64,000 bases of DNA from Phyllobates terribilis (taxonomy: Eukaryota), in NCBI RefSeq assembly GCF_046119375.1, contig NW_027362770.1, positions 141,174,001-141,238,000 on the forward strand. The letters run 5' to 3'. Below are positions 27,842-39,944 of this stretch, piece by piece; position 1 is the stretch's first letter; the number at the start of each line of letters is the position of its first letter. The notes beneath the pieces are model-generated. The model saw only the letters and a program-made list of their open reading frames with translations, searched no databases and had not been told where the DNA came from. Both the position numbers and the translations under genes were made by a program.

Positions 27842-29414
27842 CTAGATGGTGGCCCGATTCGAACGCATCGGGTATTCTAGAATAGGTATGTGGCCGACGG
27901 GGCGCAATTAGCAGAGCGGCGTTTAAATTTGGCTCCCAAATCGCTGATTGGTCGCATTAGGCAACCGCGACCAATCCGCAAAGCGGTGTTTAAAACTGGC
28001 GGCAATATCGGTGATTGGTCGCGGGCGGCGGCCGCGACCAATCTCGGAACCGTGTTAGTGAGGACTGGAGAGCGTGTTTAAATTTGGCACCAAAATTGCT
28101 GATTAGTCGCGACCAATCAGCAGAGCGTTGTTTAAATTTTGCGCCAATACTGCTGATTGATCTCGGCCAGCGACCGCGATCAATTAGCACAGAAGTGTTT
28201 AAATGTGGCGGCAAGATCGGTGATTGGTCGCGGCCGCTATTTAAATGTGGCGCCCAAATCGGTGATTGGTCGCGGGCAGCATCCGCGACCAATCAGCACA
28301 GCGGTGTTTAACTTTAGCGCCAAGATCACTGATTGGTTGCATGCGGAGAGCGCGACCAATCAGAGAATCGTATTGGTGAGGAGCGGGGAGCGGAATCGTA
28401 TTAGTGAGGACCGGGGAGCGCCGCTGCCTGTGCGGCTACTTCCGCTGGAGAAACCGGGACATGAGCGACTGCTCGCAGCAGAAGTATCCCGACCCGCAGC
28501 GCCGCTCCCCGGTCCTCCCTTCACACCCTAGCCGCTGATCTCCCCACAGTATCAGCATGGTGTTACAAAGGTCCGGACATTTGTGTTAAAAATCGCTGAT
28601 TGGTCGCTGGCGCTGCCCGCGACCAATCACCGATTTGGGCGCCAAATTTAAATATCGGCCGCGACCAATCACCGATCTTGGCTCCACATTTAAACACCGC
28701 TGTGCTGATTGGTCGCCGACGCTGGGCGCGACCAATCACCGATTTTGGCGCCACGTTTAAATAGCGTCCGTGACCAATCAGTACAGCGGTGTTTAAATGT
28801 GGAGCCAAGATCGGTGATTGGTCGCGGCCGATATTTAAATTTGGCGCCCAAATCGGTGATTGGTCGCGGGCAGCGTCCGCGACCAATCAGCACAGCAGTA
28901 TTTAACTTTTGCGCTAAGATCAGTGATTGGTCGGGTCCGAAGACCGCGACCAATCATCGAATCGTCTTGGTGAGGACCGGGGAGCGGCGCTGCCTGTGCG
29001 GCTACTTCCGCTGCGAGAACCCGGGACATGAGTGGGCGCTCGCAGCAGAAGTATCCCAACCCGCAGCGCCGCTCCCCGGTCCTCCCTTCCGCATGGATGT
29101 AAGCGACGCCGGCGGTCCTTCCCCTGCTACCGGCCGGGACATGAACGCCTCGCGCCGCTCATCTCCCGGCTGCATCTCCGTCCCGCAGATGGGTCCGGCG
29201 GTCGGGGTCCTTCTGCTGGTACCAGCCGGGAGATGAGCGCCTCGCGGCGCTCATCTCCCGGCTGCAACGCCGCTGAGCTCCGTCCCGCAGATGAGCCGCT
29301 AACGGCCGTCATCTTTTTTCTGAAATCCCGTGGCGCTGATTGGCAGCTGCCGGACCAATGAGCGACGTGGGATTTCCTGGACAGACAGACGGGATAAGAC
29401 AATTATATAGTAGA
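27842..29414 (-). mobile_element. Non-autonomous Helitron (1573 bp)
   Basis: Minus strand begins 5'-TC, ends CTAG-3', with subterminal hairpin cccgat-tcgaacgc-atcggg. Inserted between A and T with no TSD; the empty site ttaaccaATggagg is visible in the paralogous Tc1 at ~58723. Confidence 0.9.
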
Positions 29415-29517
29415 TGGAGGCCTGGATTTGGAGTCACCTCCAAAATTAAAGTGGAAAAACACACTACAGGTTGATCCAACTTTGATGTAATGTCCTTAAA
29501 ACAAGTCAAAATGAGGC

Positions 29518-30543
29518 TCAGTATTGTGTGTGGCCTCCACGTGCCTGTATGACCTCCCTACAACGCCTGGGCATGCTCCTGATGAGGTTGCCGATGGTCT
29601 CCTGTGGGATCTCCTCCCAGACCTGGACTAAAGCATCCGCCAACTCCTGGACAGTCTGTGGTGTAACGTGACGTTGGTGGATGGAGCGAGACATGATGTC
29701 CCAGATGTGATCAATGGGATTCAGGTCTGGGGAACGGGCGGGCCAGTCCATAGCCTCAATGCCTTCATCTTGCAGGAACTGCTGACACACTCCAGCCACA
29801 TGAGGTCTGGCATTGTCCTGCATTAGGAGGAACCCAGGGCCAACCGCACCAGCATATTGTCTCACAAGAGGTCTGAGGATCTCATCTCGGTACCTAATGG
29901 CAGTCAGGCTACCTCTGGCGAGCACATGGAGAGCTGTGCGGCCCTCCAAAGAAATGCCACCCCACACCATTACTGACCCACTGCCAAACCGGTCATGCTG
30001 AAGGATGTTGCAGGCAGCAGATCTCTCTCCACGTCGTCTCCAGACTCTGTCACATCTGTCACATGTGCTCAGTGTAAACCTGCTTTCATCTGTGAAGAGC
30101 AAAGGGCGCCAGTGGCGACTTTGCCAATCCTGGTGTTCTGTGGCAAATGCCAAGCGTCCTGCACGGTGTTGGGCTATGAGCACAACCCCCATCTGTGGAC
30201 GTCGGGCCCTCAAACCACCCTCATGGAATCGGTTTCTAACCGTTTGTACAGACACATGCACATTTGTGGCCTGCTGGAGGTCATTTTGCAGGGCTCTGGC
30301 AGTGCTCCTCCTGTTCCTCCTTGCACAAAGGCGGAGGTAGCGGTCCTGCTGCTGGGTTGTTGCCCTCCTACAGCCCCCTCCACGTCTCCTGGTGTACTGG
30401 CCTGTCTCCTGGTAGCGCCTCCAGCCTCTGGACACTACGCTGACAGACACAGCAAACCGTCTTGCCACAGCTCGCATTGATGTGCCATCCTGGATGAGGT
30501 GCACTACCTGAGCAACTTCTGTGGGTTGTAGAGTCCGTCTCAT
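29518..30543 (-). CDS. Tc1 transposase, open 341-aa ORF (from [10 protein letters not shown])
   Basis: Paired-like HTH N-terminus, [40 protein letters not shown]; no stops or frameshifts. Confidence 0.9.
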   Translation of the reverse strand: MRRTLQPTEVAQVVHLIQDGTSMRAVARRFAVSVSVVSRGWRRYQETGQYTRRRGGGCRRATTQQQDRYLRLCARRNRRSTARALQNDLQQATNVHVSVQTVRNRFHEGGLRARRPQMGVVLIAQHRAGRLAFATEHQDWQSRHWRPLLFTDESRFTLSTCDRCDRVWRRRGERSAACNILQHDRFGSGSVMVWGGISLEGRTALHVLARGSLTAIRYRDEILRPLVRQYAGAVGPGFLLMQDNARPHVAGVCQQFLQDEGIEAMDWPARSPDLNPIDHIWDIMSRSIHQRHVTPQTVQELADALVQVWEEIPQETIGNLIRSMPRRCREVIQARGGHTQY

Positions 30544-31262
30544 GCTACCACGAGTGTGAAAGCACAACCAACATTCAAAAGTGACCAAAACATCAGCCAG
30601 AAAGCATTGGTACTGAGATGTGGTCTGTGGTCCCCACCTGCAGAACCACTCCTTTATTGAGGGTGTCTTGATAATTGCCAACAATTTCTATCTATTGTCT
30701 ATTCCATTTGCACAACAGCATGTGAAATTGATTGTCAATCAGTGTTGCTTCCTAAGTGGACAGTTTGATTTCACAGAAGTTTGATTTACTTGGAGTTATA
30801 TTCTGTTGTTTAAGTGTTCCTTTTATTTTTTTGAGCATTGTATAATCTAGAAGGTGCAAGTCCTCCAGAATGGGGGCTGCTCTCTGCAGTCAGGATAATG
30901 GATCAGGGGTCCTAAAATAACATATAAATAGGGGGCTATCCTGATAGTATAACCCTTTTTGTATATGCCGTGGGTTCCTCACTGAAAAAAACACAGTAAA
31001 AAAAAAAAAACATGTGGATGGCATTTTGGAAACATCATGCACATGTAGTGAACATGTAGGGGACACTGAGGGTTTTCTAGTCCACAATATATCAATTCTG
31101 TTATGAATTTGCTGTGGATTTTACCTTTTCCAATTAAGAGACTAAAATCTGCAAGAAAATCAGCAGCAAAATCGTAGAGAATCCATAACATGTAGGAGCT
31201 TGGAGGTGGAATTTTTCCACCATTTATAGACTCCGTTCCCTTATTGCACAGGTGTTACTTAC

Positions 31263-31369
31263 TGTGCTCTGCATGGCGGTAGAGATAGAGGAGAGGAACC
31301 CCAGTGCGCCTGTGATGGGGGACGAGCCCTCTGCCTCTTTGGGTTCACTGATTTCTCCGGCTCCGGCAT
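31263..31369 (-). CDS. FAM114A2: FAM114A2 coding exon 4
   Basis: ttag|(D)AGAGEISEPKEAEGSSPITGALGFLSSISTAMQST|gtaagt; 107 nt, phase 1/0. Confidence 0.9.
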
Positions 31370-32209
31370 CTAACAAGAAGAATGGCATGACCTTACTTTA
31401 TTACAATACATAGAAGTAAGAAAGCTCAGAAAAAATGTACATTTAATACATGTACTTAGATCATATCACACAACTACAAGAGCTGCAAAAGTTACATTTT
31501 TTGTGGTTTCAAAACTACTTCAGTAGGAAAACCGATTTTACAGCATTATAGCTATTATGGAGGAGGTCACATAACTTTCCTAAAGTTAGGAACCTGCACC
31601 GATCGCCAGACTTATCCAGACGGAGCACTTTTATCCAGGTTATAAAATGGAGTCAGATATAGCAGGGTATGATGCACCTCACTGCGCAGTTGATGTTTTT
31701 TGCTTCATTTGCGCAAAGCCCGAATTCCCCGTCGCTGCTGGACTCATTTCGGCAATGTATAAGTCCAGGAGATAAGTAAAGTCCTTTTAATACCCAATGC
31801 CGAGATGATTGGGCATGTTTGCAACAATAAAGTGTCATGCAGACGTTCCGATCTTGGACTGATCATAGCTCTCCTGACCCGAGTGTCACAGCCTCATAGA
31901 TCGGGAGCGCCACAGCCAGTCCGTGCATTGAGATCCGAGATCGGGCTGATTTGCAAGGACGTCAGCATGAGCCGTTAGAGGTCAGCTGCAGACTAACAAG
32001 TCAGTGAAACCTAGTGACAGGCTCCCTTTAAATTTATCTGTAACTTTCTTATATCTTTTGATGGTATGTGTTTGTTTTATTGTTTTTAGGAATTTTTAAA
32101 AAATTTAGGACCAGGTAATAAAATGGATAAAAAAAGCACTTTGAAAAAATATTACTAAATTGTTAAAATATTATAGCAATTAAATAAACCAATTATGGAT
32201 GTTACTTAC

Positions 32210-32308
32210 CTTCTGTGGCTTCTGCACGATCTCTAAATGACAACTCAACAGGACTCGGGACTCCCAGTGAGCTCTCCGCCTTCTCGATTGCAGAAGAGAT
32301 GCCATGAC
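32210..32308 (-). CDS. FAM114A2: FAM114A2 coding exon 3
   Basis: gcag|(G)HGISSAIEKAESSLGVPSPVELSFRDRAEATE|gtaagt; 99 nt. Confidence 0.92.
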
Positions 32309-32409
32309 CTGCGAGAAGGAGCATATACTGTCACCTTCTACATGACATTCTCCGAGGCTGGGCAGACTGCTGGAGCGCACTGTTACCTGCCGATCTCTCA
32401 AAGCTTTAT

Positions 32410-33120
32410 TGCCCCACCTCTGCTTGTTTCACTGCCCCTGTCTCTGCTTGCTTCACTGCCCCTGCTTGCTTCACTGCCCCTTCCTCTGCTTGCTTCACTG
32501 CCCCTTCCTCTGCTTGCTTCACTGCCCCTGCCTCTGCTTGCTTCACTGCCCCTGCCTCTGCTTGCTTCACTGCCCCTGCCTCTGCTTGCTTCACTGCCCC
32601 TGCCTCTGCCTGCTTCACTGCCCCTGCCTGCTTCACTGCCCCTGCTTGCTTCACTGCCCCTGCCTTTGTTTGCTTCACCGCCCCTGCCACTGCTTGCTTC
32701 ACTGCCCCTGCTTCAGCTTGCTTCACTGCCCCTGCTTCTGCTTGCTTCCTTCACTGCCCCTGCTTGCTTCACCGCCCTTGCATCTGCTTGCTTCACCGCC
32801 CCGCCTCTGCTTGCGTCGCTGCCCTTGCCTCTGCCTGCTTCGCTGCCCCTGCCTGCTTCACTGCCCCTGCTTGCTTCACTGCCCCTACTTGCTTCACTGC
32901 CCCTGCCACTGTTTGCTTCACTGCCCCTGCTTCTGCTTCCTTCACTGCCCCTGCTTCTGCTTGCTTCCTTCACCGCCCCTGCTTGCTTCACCGCCCCTGC
33001 CTCTGCTTGCTTCACCGCCCCTCCTCTGCTTGCTTCACCGCCCCTGCCTCTGCTTGCTTCACCGCCCCTGCTTGCTTCACTGCCCCTGCCTCTGCTTGCT
33101 TCACTGCCCCACCTCTGCTT
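32410..33120. repeat. Irregular 18/24-bp pyrimidine-rich minisatellite
   Basis: Units gcttgcttcactgcccct(gcctct). Confidence 0.92.
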
Positions 33121-33649
33121 GCAGCATGTACAGCAGAATTAGGAGTGCACAGCTTGGGACAGTAGCGCAACGATGCCGCTTGTCTGAACTGTCAATCAAG
33201 AAGAAGTGCACAGCCACAAGCAAGCAGGAAGCGGTGTACCTTTGCTGCAGATGAGCACCCCTTTAAGTGTGTGACCACCCAGGGTTACCTGCCCTTTATG
33301 GTCTTATCCTAAAAATTTACTAATAGAGGTGAGGCTCCGTCTTGTACTGAAGAAACTCTACTTTCCCCCAGTCATTCCAGTTGATGGACGCTGGTATCAA
33401 ATTTTGGACAATCTACTTGTAGTCAGTGCTCCCACCCCATTCCCGTTAGCTTTAAAAGCCCAAATATAAACAAAGGAGTGACATTTCAATGTAAGTTTAG
33501 CCCTTATACCTAGTTTTTCTCTTACGTAGACTACACATTTTTAATACAAAGTTCACGTGCCGTTTACAATGGTAGTCAATGGCACACATATACAACTCTA
33601 CAGACATTATAATAGGCACTCGGGGCGTATAGACCTCATCAAGAACCTA

Positions 33650-33781
<132 letters not shown>

Positions 33782-33787
33782 TTAAAG

Positions 33788-34870
33788 AAAAATTAGGATT
33801 TTTGGTACTCACTGTAAAATCTTTCTTATAGCCTTCATTGGGGGATACGGGAACTATAGATTATTTGCTGCCACCTGGAGGCTGACACTAAGAATAAGGG
33901 AGGCCGCTGTGTCCCCCAATGAAGGCTATGAGCTGGCACCTCAATTTAAGACCTCAGTTCCTTGAATGGTTATTCACAACTTAGCGATTTTGGAGGATAG
34001 ATTTCCAAGTTTCTCAGAAGATCATTTGTGTTTTCAGCACATCGAACTGTAGGGAGGTATCTGTGGAGAAGTGTGCGTGATGTATTTTTGGAGGTGTCAG
34101 ACTGTTTGGTAGGACAGATGTGATTTCCATCATGTCAGTGGAAGCTAAGACCAAGTCGATAAGAGGCATCAATGTTCTGAATTTTGGGCATGTGAAACTT
34201 TTTCAATACTTTTCCATTCTCCAGACGGCATCAGGAGCACCACCATCAAACTGACAAGAAGGACTTACGGGGTAAGTCTCAAGGGCCTACCGGAGGCAGC
34301 AAGATGGATGCCTGGCTCTCCAAGGCTTCAATCTGGTTGACCACTGACAGAGTCACCCACCAGATGGAAGGATAATACCTGGTGCCAGCAGCTTTTCACA
34401 TAGGACATGGAGCTGTCCGACGTGGCCAGGAGGCATCTCCAGGATCTTCAGGTCACAACTAGCTCAAGGGTGCCCTGGAGCAGTGAGTAGAGAAGAAGGT
34501 CCACGCCTCTATCTGACAGGGCTCCACCACTCTGACAGAAGTTCCTGCTCCAAGAACCAGATGAAAGGATCATACCGAGAGGTCTCTCCTTCTATTGACC
34601 AAGAACCTGTACTTTTGGTGCCAAGTATGTATCCAAAGAAGTTCCTTCCTCTCCAGAGGGTCATCTCCAGCAGCTCTTTATGGTGGTACAGTAGCTGAAG
34701 CTGGAAGCTGCTAAATCTTGAGGGTAGGATGCAAAGCTAAAACCTTGGACAGGTGGTCGGGTGTTATGCCAATAGCCTCCGAAAGGGGTTTTACTGGCAT
34801 CTGGATAGAGTTGAAATAACACAGCCTTCTACACGTTTGTAGGACTCCTGGTGGCGTCCGGATAATGGAA
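33788..34870. mobile_element. DIRS-like (tyrosine recombinase) retrotransposon remnant
   Basis: Terminal-type ggatttttggtactcactgtaaaatc..gccttcattggggga with its inverted copy tcccccaatgaaggc; downstream catcaatgttctg resembles the RNase H HINVL motif; no intact ORF. Confidence 0.5.
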
Positions 34871-36817
34871 AAGTACCGCTTACTAATATGAAGTGTAATA
34901 AAAGGTTTATTGATATAGCTTTTGTTGTAACAAATTTAGCTTTTTATGGACATTACATACTTCTTATCATTTCATCACATGGTTGGTTTATTACTGAGCG
35001 CCCATAATGGCGACCTTCACCCAGTGCAGCCAACTGATACTGACATTATCATGAAAAAAAAAATTGCGAAACTGGAGATTGTAAATAGTCCATCAGCAAA
35101 ATTAAGCTACCCATCCTCTTCGTGTAATTAACCCTTTCCCAACTGCCCACAGTAAACTAATGGACTGGTCCCTACACGGAGTATGACTGCACTGCACCTT
35201 CCTGCACACTGTGCTATAGGCAGGAACGCCAGGCAGCACGGACTCCCTGGCCAACACCGACTCCCCGGCCGCACTGTCTCCCCGGCCGCACTGATGTGTT
35301 TAAGTGTGTGTTGTAAAGTACTATAGATTTAGTAGATGACCTCTTATTCTGTCATTGTAATTTGGGCAAATTCGTACATGGGGCATATTACCATTTATTG
35401 CCACATTCACATGTGCAGAATATGCAGTAATATTCACGTTTGCCATACAGAAACAGAGAATTGGTGCGTAACAAAATCAAGAGTTACTACTACTAGTGTG
35501 AGACTTCAAAAGGTTTTTTTGGGGGTCAAAAGGGGTTTGTGGCAGTCAAAAGGGGATTTTAGCGGTCAAAAGGGTTTTTTGGCAGTCAAAAGGGGTTTTT
35601 TGGAGATCAAAAGTTCCAGCCATACTTTTTACCCGCAATAATTGCTGCAGGAATGGGTCTGTGCACGTGACCAATGGAGACATGGGGGCCTTACAAATGA
35701 ATGGCAGCCATGTAATACGTACATGTAGATGGCCCAGTCCCGGTAGAGCTGTAGATGCCGATACTAAGAAGCTCTCCTCTGTGGCATCAAGCAACCCAGT
35801 GAACCTAACTGAATGCGGATGGCACCTATTTATCGTGCCAACAGTCTTAAAGGGCTTAAAAGCCGGGACCAGAGGGATCTCTGATCCTGGCTGCAAGCGG
35901 AGGAGCTGGGCTGTCATTAAACAGTAGGGCACCCCCTACAGGGTGCTACAGAATATTTATGAAGGGTGTGTAGAAAAATGCCCCTATAGGACTGCCAACA
36001 GCATATTGATGATTTCTGGTTTCACAAAATCCGTCCCCCTGACAAACTGCGCTTTACTCATCTTCCCCAGGTCTAACGTGGAGTCTGCACCGCTGCTCCC
36101 GGTGTTTGTTATTGTCTGCAGCGCTCATGGCGCTGCAGCAAATCTATGAGCTCAGCAGCTCTGAGAGGCTCATGCCGTCTACTCGGGCAGTGAGCTCACA
36201 GATTGGCTGCAGCGCTGTTGATGTGACAAAAACGCTGCAGACAATAATAGACACCAGGAGCAGTGGCGGAGACTCAGAGCTGAACTGAGGGAAAGTGAGC
36301 ACAGTTTATTTTTCTTAAAAAACTAACTGCAGCCGTGTGGAAGGGTTCTCCAAAACAGCAAAACCCCTTTAAGCATTTTAAAAAAATGTGAGTCTAAAAC
36401 ATAAACATAGATGTCCGATTTTTTGGAGTACAAGAAAAAATGGACCAATTATTCTGATCAGATCAGAGTTTGACCAGACTGTGCTATGACTGCCATCAGA
36501 TTTTCTCTTACGCGGAGAAATTTGAAAAAAATCTTTCCCTCTTCTCCGTTCTGAAAGTTCATGAAAATCGGACTGCCACTCAGATGTCATCTGAGTGCAG
36601 TCAGATTTTTTCACTGAACCACTGACTTGCATTGCTGATCGCGGATCAAAATCAGATATGTCTCTCATATTTTTCAAGGAAAAAAATCGGACATGTGAAT
36701 CGCCCCATAAAGTATCACAGGTGCGAGTGCTATCCGTGAAAAATACAGAGCTCGTACACAAAAATCAGGAGTGTGAATGCGGCCTTACACAGAGGTAACA
36801 TCTTGCCCATTCCTCAC

Positions 36818-37030
36818 CTGCTCCGGCTTGTCGGGGGTCCGGCTCTCCTCCTCCTCCTCGGCTGACACACTGTTAGATTTGGCCTCGGGACGTTTGCGAG
36901 TTATGGCCACCGGTTCGGAGATGGCTTGTCCTTCCTCAGGACGATTACTTTTCGTAGAAGCTGGGTTCCCTTCCTGCTCTCGGGGTGGCTCGGTTTCCCC
37001 CGTGCACTCACTGCTGTCTTTTTCAGACAT
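36818..37030 (-). CDS. FAM114A2: FAM114A2 coding exon 1 (ATG)
   Basis: Acceptor ttctag| at 37042/37041; MSEKDSS..SEPVAITRKRPEAK..DKPEQ|gtgagg; conserved SEPV..TRKRPE; 213 nt. Confidence 0.9.
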
Positions 37031-38357
37031 TATTAAAGCATCTAGAATAGAAACAGAAAAGTGCGTCCAAATATAAGAAATACTTGGGAGACCAGTCGAT
37101 CAGACATACGGCGGTCACCGATACGTCCCGCTAATCAGGCGGCAGGTAAAACGCCACCATACACCTCGTGTACAGTCATATCTGCGGGCCTATACGTCAC
37201 CTCTGTGAGCAATCTAGTCATACCCCATCCTGGAAGCCATTCTCAGTGCAGTGCTTACAAGCTCTATAGAAAAGAGCTTGTAAGCACTGTCCATGTTAGG
37301 CCACCAGTGCCAATCTTTTCCTTCTTTGTCTACTTTGTGAACTTTTTTGAACAACTCTCTTGACTTCCCAAGAATATTAGTGACCTGTAGGCCATTGTCC
37401 ATTAGTTATGAAGCTGGTGTCTGGCTGTGTATCGCATTTGCAGCAGGTTATAGCAGCCAGAGGTGCTCTACTAAGTACTACAGGTGCCTGTAATAAAGGG
37501 GATGAATAATTCTGAGACTGTGGTAATTGGTAAAAGTATCATTTTGTGATGGATGTGGAGAAACTACTTCTTATATTAGTTAAATAATTTTGACCCCTTA
37601 CCCTAAGCATGACATTACGACACCAAGCTCTCCATAATATGTCCATCACGTACTATCAGAATTCCAGTTGTTCTTCTACAGTTTGACCACTAGTGGCTGC
37701 TATGGTTCACCTTAATAATTGTGCTGCAATCCCACTCCTTACCACTGGAGGCTGCTTGTGTTCTGCAATTGCTGGTTACTAGGATGGCAAATTCTGAACC
37801 AGTAGGATCCCTCTTGTCTCTACTTAAAGCCGCATGGATCTCTCACTCATTGCTTGAGTATTGTGTCTAGCTGTTAGCCTAGTTGCAGTCTCCAAGTTCC
37901 TGAACATTCTTACCCAGACTGTTCTCATTCATCTACGGATTGTTTCCTACAACTCCTTTTGCTAAGTACAAGAACTTCTAGCGCTGGCTGTTCTGCTCCT
38001 GCTCCTTTGGCCACTGGTTTCCAGCAGTACTACACCAGTACACATACATTCACTTATCATATACTGTACAGCATTTAACCCTTAGTAATTTAATTTCAGT
38101 AACACCAGAAAGATGAAAAGTGAGGAGCCTTGTGAGTCCTCAGCTATCAGAAGTTCTATAATGATCCGACAGTCGGGGGATAACTCAGCGCTTAGGCCTG
38201 GGGGAGATCAGGGCTCTAATACATTTTCCTGATGTTCAGCGGAAATTAAAAAAGACGAGACATGTACCGCTCTTAAAGGGGTTTTTCAGAGCTCCTCACT
38301 TTCCTATCAGGAGGTGAGTGGCACCAACGATGGTGATTTTTCTGAAGAGTCTTCTTA

Positions 38358-38555
38358 GGCTTTGTTCAAACATTGCGTTTTTGCAGCGTTTTTTTTTTTT
38401 TTCAGTGCTTTCTCATGCAACTTACAAGGTGCTTTTTCTTGTCTGACAACTACAGCTTTTTTAAAATCTGCAGTGTCACTTTTTTTTACCGCTGAGAGAG
38501 AGGTTTTGCCTGCAGAAAAAAAACAGCTGCAAAAATGCAACATGTGAACATAGCC
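38358..38555. mobile_element. PIF/Harbinger-type MITE with TTA TSD
   Basis: TTA|ggctttgttcaaacattgc ... gcaacatgtgaacatagcc|TTA. Confidence 0.75.
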
Positions 38556-38659
38556 TTAGGATATTTTTTTTTAACTTATAACATAATGGTCACTTCTGAT
38601 CATCTCTTCACAGTTAAAAAAGACGGAACATAAAGACAGCACATCGGTTTGACATTGCG

Positions 38660-39290
38660 GTGCCGCCCATAGTTTACGCCGTGAGCAGCTCAGAGTGGCC
38701 GTCGTGCTGCCTGTAGTTTACGCTGCGGTGCCGCACATAGTTTACGCCTCAGTGCCACCCATAGTTTACACCCCCATGCCGCAGAAGTTTACGCTGCGAT
38801 GCCACCCTTGGTTTATGCTGCCCCTAGTTTATGCCTCGGTGCCGCCCGCAGTTTACACTCCAGTGCCGTCTGTTGTTTACACCCTGATGCAGTCTGTAGT
38901 TTACGCCTCTGTGCCGTCCGTAGTTTGCGCCCCGATGCCACCCCTGGTTTACGCCTCGGTGCCACCTGTAGTTTACACCTCCGTGCCACCCGTAGAGTTT
39001 ACACTTCGATGCCGCCTGTAGTTTACGCCTCAGCGCCGGCCCTAGTTTTACGCATTGGTGCAACCCGTTGTTTACGCCCCGGCACCGCCAGTAGTTTACG
39101 TTCTAGTTTACACCTCGGTCCCATCCGTAGTTTACACCCCGATACCGTCAGTAGTTTACGCCCTAGTTTACACCTTGATGCCGCCTGTAGTTTACACCTC
39201 AGTGCCGGCCCTAGTTTACACTCTGGTACAACCCATAGTTTACTTTTCTGTGCCACCTGTAGTTTACGCCCCGGTAACCCCCATAGTTTA
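38660..39290. repeat. Degenerate ~27-bp tandem array
   Basis: Recurrent gtagtttac(g/a)cc..gtgcc(g/a)cc. Confidence 0.85.
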
Positions 39291-39445
39291 GGCCCTGAGA
39301 AGCTCAGAGTGGGCGGGGCCTCAGTGATTGACAGCTCAGCTCTGACAGACCCCACAGTGGACCCTATAAAAGCCATAATTAATATATGCGGCCATCATTC
39401 ACCCACAGACCAGAAAACTCTCAGCAGTGGAAAAACAAACAACTT

Positions 39446-39860
39446 CCATCACTGTAAATAACAGGACATGCTGGGAGTTGTAGTCCCATCACTGTAAATA
39501 ACAGGACATGCTGGGAGTTGTAGTTGAACATCACTTATTGTATTCAGGCACTGGAAATACAAGGCAGCTGTAAGGGCTATAACTTCCAGCGGGCATGCTG
39601 AGCATTGTAGTCCCCCCGAGCAGCTGTGAGTGACGTTACCTGTGGAGAGGCGCGGAGGTCCCTGCGTGTGACGTCACCGCTGTCCGCAGCTCTCCCGCCA
39701 CGTCATGGACACCACTGGGGTCAAGGAAGAAGCCGCGACCCGGAAGTGATCTGTCAGCAGGCGGCGAGTTCTTCCGGATGCCGTCAGCTGGGTGGAGGAG
39801 GCTGCGGGCAGATGTCGCCGCGGGGAGGACGGGAAGGCGAGTCTGCAGTAACCGGTAGGC
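39446..39860. promoter_or_regulatory. Bidirectional promoter FAM114A2/MFAP3
   Basis: CpG-rich region between divergent genes; ZNF143/THAP11-type ACTACAACTCCCAGCATG (minus) at 39467-39484 and 39507-39524, a variant at ~39593-39614; CRE TGACGTCA 39669-39676; ETS CCGGAAGT 39740-39747. Confidence 0.75.
39640..39700 (-). other. FAM114A2: Probable non-coding first exon of FAM114A2 (5' end unknown)
   Basis: Minus-strand donor CAG|gtaacg at 39640/39639 within the promoter; the TSS cannot be placed from sequence. Confidence 0.45.
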
Positions 39861-39944
39861 TCTGCGTGTACTTACCTATTGTGTCAGGGAGGACTGGGAG
39901 CATGAGATAGCACCCTGCTGTGTCCCCTCAGAGGGGGAGCGGGT

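Larger units (their letters stand above)
27687..30840 (-). mobile_element. Full-length Tc1 element with TA TSD, interrupted by a Helitron
   Basis: TA|cactgctcaaaaaaataaagggaacact ... agtgttccttttatttttttgagcattg|TA; 1581 bp once the Helitron is removed. Confidence 0.93.

Noticed and set aside
30860-30895. Exon-like ESSPHSGG after a ctgcag acceptor
   Set aside because: Runs into a stop; the true exon 4 is at 31263-31369.
32237-33254. Leu/Pro- and Cys/His-rich ORFs
   Set aside because: Low-complexity minisatellite translations.
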